From Candidatus Latescibacterota bacterium (GTDB taxonomy: Bacteria > Latescibacterota > UBA2968), in assembly GCA_965205975.1 (NCBI GenBank), contig OZ242195.1:1504001-1568000 (forward strand): a stretch of DNA of 64,000 bases, in the 5' to 3' direction. Below the pieces are notes generated by a model. That model did not search any database. It was given only the letters and a program-made list of their open reading frames with translations, and had not been told where the DNA came from. Shown here piece by piece: positions 57,177 to 64,000 of the stretch. Every line of letters begins with the position of its first letter. Positions within the stretch are counted from its first letter, which is position 1. The translations under genes and the position numbers were made by a program.

Positions 57177-59621
57177 TTAGAACAATAAGACCGATACCGA
57201 CTTCTGGATCATGGCAATAGACACCGATGCCATGCCCACGAGGGCCATACCCACGGAAAAGCCGACCATCAACACCGCTGCATAAATGCGCCATTGTTGC
57301 TTGCCAAAACGCTTCCAAAAATAGTAGCGAGCAATTAGCGCGCCAATGATCTCAGTGATCATAAAATGCGGAATACTGGTCAAACTGCGTATATAACCAA
57401 AGATGAGCAAAATGGGCAACCCAAATATGGACAAAACAATGAAGAATATAAGTCCAACGGCAAATCCGGTGCCAATAACCCAGGGTTTCAGAGCCTCGAA
57501 CAAAATGGGCTTATCATCCGACGACTGCAAAAATGCCCCGTCAAAAGAAGGCACCTGATCGATCTCGTATTGATAGAACAATTCTCGATCCTGAGGATCC
57601 ATCGCCCGGGAAATGACCATTTCTGGATTGGGCGTATTCAGGTGCGCGCCATCGTCCGCACTGCGTATTTCTGGTGCAAAAGGCAACCCCTGGGTCAGAG
57701 CATCGGAAATATCGGGCGGAGCGCGACTCAGCGTTGCGGGCGAGTATGGCGGGCGCTGTACATCATCAAAATTGGTATAAAAATAGGCAGTTTTAGACCA
57801 CGGGCCATACCTGCGCTCTTCATCGGGTACACTATCCGGATCATCAGACGTTGCCCGCACCCGCCAGTACCACCACGCATTATTCGACAAATTCGCCGGC
57901 GTCCACGTCACAGTGCCCTCTTGAGAATAGTCAACTTCCCCGCGCATGGTACTCGTAATCCACACACACCGCTGGAGGGCGTTCAACGGCCAGAACAATT
58001 GCACATAAGGATATGCGTCGGAAGGAATGGGTGCGAGTTTCCAGATATAGGACCAGTACATAAAACTGGTTAGAAAAACCAGAGGCACCATAAAGATCTC
58101 GGCCTTCAAAATGCTCGTAAATTTGGTACCCGTCAACTCGATCTCTCTGAAGCGCTGCGCCGCCGCGCCATAGTTGTCCAGGCCAAAATCCACAAACCAG
58201 ATCTCAATCCCCCGGAAACCACTCAAAAAAATGGTAGCTTGCTTAATGTACGGGATACTCACGTTTTGCCCCACCATACCGTCTAAACGGGCGTTGACAA
58301 ATGAAATGAGGGGCGTGTACACAAAAGCAAAGATAAAGAAAAAGATAAGCAGGGTGATGGTGACCAGTTGCGGAAAAAGAATTTTTGACAGAACAATAGT
58401 GTACAAACTCGCTATACAAAACAACACCACGCAAATCCAAATCCTGAAATCGCCCCGCCCAGGTGGTGTCTCCCACGATCCCGTCTCTGTCTTTTCAATC
58501 CGGGCGGTTCGCACCCCGCGCCACACCTGATAAAACCCGATAACAGTAATGGCAAATGTAATGCCAATGCCAAAGCTCATCCAGAAATCAATGCCCGTCA
58601 CAAAGTGCGTCTGGATAGTATCCATCCCCATAAACCAGTGGGGCATAAATCCATAATGGTGTAAAATGGGGCTTGCAATTGTATGGATCATCACCCCAAT
58701 AAAGGCTCCCATCACGGCCCAGAATGGGGCGAGAAAACCCGCAAAAATGGGTCCCAGATGCAGGGTGAAGCCCAGCGGGGTAGCGGGCAAAAAATATCCC
58801 GTATATTGCGTGAAATCGACAAATGGAATCGGGATAAGCTGTACGGGTTGTTCCATAAACGCACCCGTAATAGCCGGCACAGCTACATAAAGCATTCCCC
58901 ACACCAGGCCGATCACCGCACCAACAGAAAACATGCGCCAACGCCATGTAATATCCCCACTGCTTTCTTCTGCCAATGCCATAGCCCCCTGTGCGGCAAT
59001 GGGTGCAAATGGAAAAGGCAACTTCTCGTAATCGGACGTAATGCGGAACAGCACATAACTGGCGGAAAACCAGGCAATGCGTCCCATAATCGTGCCCAGT
59101 ATCAGCAATGCAATGGGCCAAAACCAATCAGCGTGTAAAAACGTGCGCTCGATCAGCGCCTCGGAATTTGCCTTTGGCGCGAACCACCACAATTCGCCCA
59201 ATGCCTTTTGTATGCCAAATTGCACAACTGCGGGCGACTGCACAAAATACTGATTCCACAATAGACCTTCAAAGGCATTGGACTCCCGGTTGACCAGCGC
59301 AATCGTCACATAATACAGCAGATAAATTTCCTGTCGCTTGAGTACAGTAAACGAGCGCTTTGCCAATTCGATGAACAAAATAATCGTGACCCACTGCGCC
59401 GCCGCGCCAATGGAGCCGCCGATCATCAGTTCCAGATAAATATTGCCGGGTACCATCACAATCGACACAAATAATGCACCCACAATGGTCTTTGCATTAA
59501 AGCCATCGGCAAATTCGTCGGGCGTTTGGAGCAGATCGCGGTACTCTTCGATCTCTTCAAACTGCGTATTTTTCTTTGGTGGTTTGTCTTTGTTGCGTCT
59601 TAAAAGATTGCCTAAAGCCAT
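57177..59621 (-). CDS. OPT-like polytopic peptide transporter with an inserted soluble domain
   Basis: Many TM helices with AAQWVT, YEKLPFP and PIPS.AYP. A soluble insert of about 140 aa has FN3-like motifs. Confidence 0.65.
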   Translation of the reverse strand: MALGNLLRRNKDKPPKKNTQFEEIEEYRDLLQTPDEFADGFNAKTIVGALFVSIVMVPGNIYLELMIGGSIGAAAQWVTIILFIELAKRSFTVLKRQEIYLLYYVTIALVNRESNAFEGLLWNQYFVQSPAVVQFGIQKALGELWWFAPKANSEALIERTFLHADWFWPIALLILGTIMGRIAWFSASYVLFRITSDYEKLPFPFAPIAAQGAMALAEESSGDITWRWRMFSVGAVIGLVWGMLYVAVPAITGAFMEQPVQLIPIPFVDFTQYTGYFLPATPLGFTLHLGPIFAGFLAPFWAVMGAFIGVMIHTIASPILHHYGFMPHWFMGMDTIQTHFVTGIDFWMSFGIGITFAITVIGFYQVWRGVRTARIEKTETGSWETPPGRGDFRIWICVVLFCIASLYTIVLSKILFPQLVTITLLIFFFIFAFVYTPLISFVNARLDGMVGQNVSIPYIKQATIFLSGFRGIEIWFVDFGLDNYGAAAQRFREIELTGTKFTSILKAEIFMVPLVFLTSFMYWSYIWKLAPIPSDAYPYVQLFWPLNALQRCVWITSTMRGEVDYSQEGTVTWTPANLSNNAWWYWRVRATSDDPDSVPDEERRYGPWSKTAYFYTNFDDVQRPPYSPATLSRAPPDISDALTQGLPFAPEIRSADDGAHLNTPNPEMVISRAMDPQDRELFYQYEIDQVPSFDGAFLQSSDDKPILFEALKPWVIGTGFAVGLIFFIVLSIFGLPILLIFGYIRSLTSIPHFMITEIIGALIARYYFWKRFGKQQWRIYAAVLMVGFSVGMALVGMASVSIAMIQKSVSVLLF

Positions 59622-59642
59622 AGATTGTCCCGTGTATAGATA

Positions 59643-62600
59643 CTATGCATTGACCACTGCTGTGGGTGCTGCCAGCAACTCTCGCCCTTTTTCTGTGTAT
59701 TTGGCGCGATTCGTTGGATCAACTGTTCGCCAGATCAAAAACTGTTTGCGAAGGGCGTTCATAAAACCCTGATTGCCCCGCCGCCACGATGCCACATCAC
59801 CCGAAATCCGATCTATTGTCAGCGTCATCGCAAAAATATTGTGCTCACCTATGGGCACGGCTTCAAAATGCACCTGTTGACTCACCCCCAAATCATAAGG
59901 CGCTAACCAGATTGTCGTATCAATCGTATAGCCCGACCCGGTTTCTGCTTCAACAGAACCAAACCGCGCACCATCTGTATAAAACGCGCCCATGGACTCG
60001 CCCATGTGCGACTCGAAATAATCCACCAGAAATACCGACAGCCCAAACACGTCTTTACCACCTACGGTAAATGGAAACTCAAAATGCCAGTGATCGCCTT
60101 CCGGATCGGGCAACCTCCAGCGGCGCGTCACATCGGGCACAGCCATAAGTGCCGCCTGACGCGCGGGATAGAGCGACGAAATCAAAACCACGACCATCAC
60201 CAGAGCTGAAGAAATAACCGTTGACAATGCCGAGTAATTCACATTAAGCCCTTGCAACCACCCCTGCCACAACAAAACTTTGATCACTCCTTGACCGAGC
60301 AAATACCCCGATACAGTACCCAATACAGCGTAAACGCACGCTTCGGCAATAAACAAAAAAGAGATGTGTACAGGTGCCAACCCCACGGCAGAATAAATAC
60401 CAATCTCGCGGAAGCGCTCGTACACCGACCCCATCATCGTATTCAGCACAATTAGTGCAGCCACCAGAATGGGAACAAACAAATTGGCAAGGCCGGGCAA
60501 TGGCCCCCATCCCAGCGAACTGTAAATTGACACCTCGATTTTGCCGTCTTCCCCTGGAATACCCGCGTACACAACCACCGACAACCGCGACACGTATTCT
60601 TTGACCTGTTCTTCGACATTTACATCTTCGTGCAAACGAATTGCCACAGATTGCAGTGGACTGCCCACTTCGCGCAATATCTTATAGGGAATAATGGCAA
60701 TATCGTCCGGATCTATATGCTCGAATGGCATGTTCTCGAGCTGAGGCTGTTCCAGACCCTGTTTTTCGCGACTCTCCCGCTGAGTCATCTGAGAGATAAT
60801 TTCATCATCCGTCAGCTTAAAATCTGCCGGACTCAATATCTCGCCATCCAGGTCCTTGAGATCGCGCATTTTTTCCGCATCGATCAAACCCACGACTTTC
60901 AACTGTTTGCCAAATAAGCGCACGCTCTTTTTGCCGACATCTTCAGGTTCCACTTTGAGCAATCCGGCTATTTTGCCAGGCAAAATACACGCGATCTCAC
61001 CCTCTTCAAACCACCGCCCATGGCTCAACAAGGTATCGATCCCCGTGACCGCGGGTTCATTGACTGATAGTCCCACTATTCCCAGCACTTTGGTCGTTTT
61101 TTCCGGCGTTTCAATAGGCGTCTTTTTCAGGTCCCGCGTAACATACCAACTGCGCGGCGCGATCTCACCCTGATCAAAAAAATTGATGCGGGCATAATCA
61201 TAAGCCGTATCCTCCAGCGGCCCCCAGAATTGGCTGCGGATCAACAGCCCCGGATACTTGCCTTCGGTATCATCCAGCGGAAGTTGATGAAAATCGAGCG
61301 TCGTCTTAATCGACGTAAAGGACAACACCGTAAATGTCAATAAGACCAGCGTGACAAATGTCAGGCTGGTGCGCATTTTGCGCTTTTTCATATTCGCAAT
61401 ACCCAACTGAAATGCTGCCACTGAAGCACTTATACGCCCCACATCCGTATCGTGCAACAACACCTCTTCTGTGCGCAGTTGACGGATATTGTCGTGAAAC
61501 CGCCCCGACACAATGGAAATCACAAAAACCGCCAGTGCCAGAATCACAAAAGCCAGCAAAATCACAAATGGATTGGAGAGATCAAAAGCGGGATGCACCT
61601 GCGCGAGAACGGTCCAGATCACCACAAAAACCACGCTAAAACCGCCGATTTGCACCCGGATATCGGAAAAGGTAAAAAGCAACCGCTCGACAAAAAACGC
61701 ACACGGAATAACCAGCAGCATAAAGAAAATCACGCCTCGAATTACATCGTTTTGCGTTGATTTTACGTCTGGATAGGCGCGCGATTCGAGGCCCATGCCC
61801 GCGCGCGTGTGTTTGACAAACAAATCCCATTTCCTATCTTTCATCGCTTCTTCGGCCAAATCCAGATGGTATTTGGCCTGATCGTGCAAATTGGTCATCC
61901 GCTGGTTCTCAATCGAATACTTCTCCAATTCGCGCATCCGCGCCTCGTTCAGTGTCCACATATCTTTTGCGGCCTGAAACGAAGAGCGAATAAACGCCCC
62001 CCCGTGTTGCAAAATCTGAAACCCATCGCCGCGCGCGACTTCCACACTTTCCGCGCTCTTTGAGTTCAACAACAAATAGCGCACGCCGATCTCTCGCTCC
62101 CGCATCACAATTTTGATTCGTTCGCCCGGCGTTGTAAAAATGGTTCCCACCGGTTCTTCTGGACCAAAACCAATGGCATAGCCGTATTCCTGTGGCGCAG
62201 TATTGCCGGGACCGAGCACACTGATGCTCGACAACTTGGTGAGATAACGGGGATCGACTGTATCGTAAAAATCCGTTGCAACACACGGGAACAAAATCCG
62301 CGTGCGCTTGGATATCCACCAGTCCATATTAAACTCGCCCCGGTATATGCGCGCCTGGCGGCCGTGATTGGGTGCGTATGTGATCTCGCCGCTTTCTGGA
62401 TCCATATAAAAAGCCTTCACATCCACACGGCGTTCGGCAATGCCCGGCATGTAAAATTCGCCATTTTCATCGGCAATATCGTAATAGACGCGGCGCACGC
62501 CTTTAATCGATTTGTCATTGCCCATTCGCAGCGAAGCCACAGCACCGGGACGGGGGCGATCAGGTGTAATGCTCAGGCGGGGAAATGTGCGCACGAAACC

Positions 62601-64000
62601 CTGCAACCCGCGCATGCGATCGTCGGGATCCAGCTTGTAATCGGGCAAAAAATCTTCGGAATTTAACCCGAGGTCAAGCACGCCGGCAAGCAGGCGTATC
62701 TGCCCGGTGAGATTTTTGAAATTCACATGTTCGGGTTTATCCAGCGGAGTATCTACTCTAAAACGCGCATCGTTGACCGTAATGAGCGATAGCGCTGGCG
62801 TGCCAGCTTCCAAAACGACCTCACCATCTGTCTTCAGGACTTTTCCCGGAATATACATATCCCAGTTCATGCCGCCTTTGGGATTGATTCCATCGATGAG
62901 GGCATCGGCGGGGTCCAGGTCAAAGCGCTCGGCTATCGCCTCTGAATAATGCACAAGCGATTTGCCAAATGGCGTGAAGAAACGCTTGTAATAATAATTG
63001 CGCGTGCTGTTCCAAACCCCGATTTCATCTGTCTGACTCGTCAAATCCAGAGAAATGAACAGCGGCAATTCGAGAGGTTCAGTCATCAATGCGGCAAAAT
63101 GCTTTTCTTTCCGCGAATGTCTGCTCAAAAAATCGCAAATACCTCTAAAGCCGAGATGATGCCCAGAAGATGCGAGAAACAAAAGCGTGTGTTTGGGCGG
63201 GTACTTGCTGAAATATTCGGCCAACTTCATCAGGCCCACAATCCCACCTGCCATCTCAGCGCCTGGCGCGAGTGCTGGTACTACAGACATCGCATCGTAA
63301 TACGTATTGATCACCACGATTTTTTCGCTCAATACGGGATCGATTCCGCGAATCCAGCCCAAAATATTCCGGGTCTCTTTCTTTTCCCAATCCATTCGCG
63401 CCTTCAAAGTGACATTGACCTCATCCTTTTGCGCAATCAATTCCTTCAGCTTTTCGCCACTTGCCTTATCGATCCAAAAACGCTCAACACTATTGGGCAC
63501 CTGCAAAAATTTGGTCTCTGCCTGCGCGGTAAATGTGGAATCGGGTTCGATAAATACAATCTGCTGTGCGCCGAGCATGGCGGCATTGAGCCAGTTGTTC
63601 CACGAATTAAATTCCATCAACACCACCGCGCCCTCTATATCGCGCCCATTAAATTCCGACACATCGCCAGTGCCTCCCCACAAGAGATGCCCCCGCACGC
63701 CACCTGCGGGCAAGGTGGTCGTCTTGACCAGATTGGGCCACAAACCGTGAATGGTAAAAACCTCGCCTGTATCTTCCACCATTAAGCTGCCGCCCTGGTC
63801 TATGGGCACGGCCACGCCATACGTCTCGGCTTCTACGTCTTCCATGCCAAAACGCCGAAACTCAGATTCTATAAAATCCGCGGCTTTTTCATGGCCGGAA
63901 TAACCCACTACGCGTGAATCGTAGCGCACAAACTGATCCATCAGCGTGCGAATCCCATCTTCGCGCACAGCATCCAAAACCCGTGTACCCACTTCTTCTG
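59643..64000 (-). CDS. Giant membrane protein: M28-peptidase-like + PA + FtsX-like permease (5'-partial)
   Basis: SR..GY.G, YD.MS..P.LAPGA, TM bundles and FtsX-like V.ER.REIGIYSAVGL.P. The frame is open to the window edge. Confidence 0.75.
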   Translation of the reverse strand, partial: EEVGTRVLDAVREDGIRTLMDQFVRYDSRVVGYSGHEKAADFIESEFRRFGMEDVEAETYGVAVPIDQGGSLMVEDTGEVFTIHGLWPNLVKTTTLPAGGVRGHLLWGGTGDVSEFNGRDIEGAVVLMEFNSWNNWLNAAMLGAQQIVFIEPDSTFTAQAETKFLQVPNSVERFWIDKASGEKLKELIAQKDEVNVTLKARMDWEKKETRNILGWIRGIDPVLSEKIVVINTYYDAMSVVPALAPGAEMAGGIVGLMKLAEYFSKYPPKHTLLFLASSGHHLGFRGICDFLSRHSRKEKHFAALMTEPLELPLFISLDLTSQTDEIGVWNSTRNYYYKRFFTPFGKSLVHYSEAIAERFDLDPADALIDGINPKGGMNWDMYIPGKVLKTDGEVVLEAGTPALSLITVNDARFRVDTPLDKPEHVNFKNLTGQIRLLAGVLDLGLNSEDFLPDYKLDPDDRMRGLQGFVRTFPRLSITPDRPRPGAVASLRMGNDKSIKGVRRVYYDIADENGEFYMPGIAERRVDVKAFYMDPESGEITYAPNHGRQARIYRGEFNMDWWISKRTRILFPCVATDFYDTVDPRYLTKLSSISVLGPGNTAPQEYGYAIGFGPEEPVGTIFTTPGERIKIVMREREIGVRYLLLNSKSAESVEVARGDGFQILQHGGAFIRSSFQAAKDMWTLNEARMRELEKYSIENQRMTNLHDQAKYHLDLAEEAMKDRKWDLFVKHTRAGMGLESRAYPDVKSTQNDVIRGVIFFMLLVIPCAFFVERLLFTFSDIRVQIGGFSVVFVVIWTVLAQVHPAFDLSNPFVILLAFVILALAVFVISIVSGRFHDNIRQLRTEEVLLHDTDVGRISASVAAFQLGIANMKKRKMRTSLTFVTLVLLTFTVLSFTSIKTTLDFHQLPLDDTEGKYPGLLIRSQFWGPLEDTAYDYARINFFDQGEIAPRSWYVTRDLKKTPIETPEKTTKVLGIVGLSVNEPAVTGIDTLLSHGRWFEEGEIACILPGKIAGLLKVEPEDVGKKSVRLFGKQLKVVGLIDAEKMRDLKDLDGEILSPADFKLTDDEIISQMTQRESREKQGLEQPQLENMPFEHIDPDDIAIIPYKILREVGSPLQSVAIRLHEDVNVEEQVKEYVSRLSVVVYAGIPGEDGKIEVSIYSSLGWGPLPGLANLFVPILVAALIVLNTMMGSVYERFREIGIYSAVGLAPVHISFLFIAEACVYAVLGTVSGYLLGQGVIKVLLWQGWLQGLNVNYSALSTVISSALVMVVVLISSLYPARQAALMAVPDVTRRWRLPDPEGDHWHFEFPFTVGGKDVFGLSVFLVDYFESHMGESMGAFYTDGARFGSVEAETGSGYTIDTTIWLAPYDLGVSQQVHFEAVPIGEHNIFAMTLTIDRISGDVASWRRGNQGFMNALRKQFLIWRTVDPTNRAKYTEKGRELLAAPTAVVNA

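Noticed and set aside
1..64000. CRISPR array, tRNA, rRNA, intact transposase or integrase
   Set aside because: I saw no regularly spaced repeats, cloverleaf or DDE/tyrosine-recombinase motifs, and the intergenic gaps are mostly too short.

Overview
A gene-dense bacterial chromosomal window with about 58 CDS. I recognised no rRNA, tRNA, CRISPR array or intact transposase. Core genes are purB, large-type purL, rmlC, mqnB/mqnD, a garR-like reductase, dusB, larB, dapF and a guanine-deaminase-like gene. Catabolic genes include two heparinase II/III proteins, a CocE hydrolase, a sulfatase, two PhyH dioxygenases and several other hydrolases. The region 41.4-50.9 kb is rich in toxin-antitoxin and defence genes. 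The most notable feature is a compact operon at 14.7-19.0 kb: nitroreductase, DsrM-like cytochrome b, DsrK-like CCG/Fe-S protein, cysteine desulfurase and a two-Cys DsrC. No dsrAB or dsrJOP is present in the window, which suggests a cysteine-fed, DsrAB-independent DsrC sulfur cycle (inference). A 7-nt tandem repeat at the dsrM/dsrK junction sets the reading frame between those two genes. Other highlights are a UGA-readthrough UxxC selenoprotein with a SECIS-like hairpin, a Ser/Ser DapF, two ABC-ATPase plus nuclease candidate defence pairs, five orphan antitoxins, an internally deleted sulfatase, and an OPT-like transporter with a circularly permuted FN3-like insert next to a giant M28/FtsX protein. 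All family calls come from motif recognition by eye; no database searches were run.
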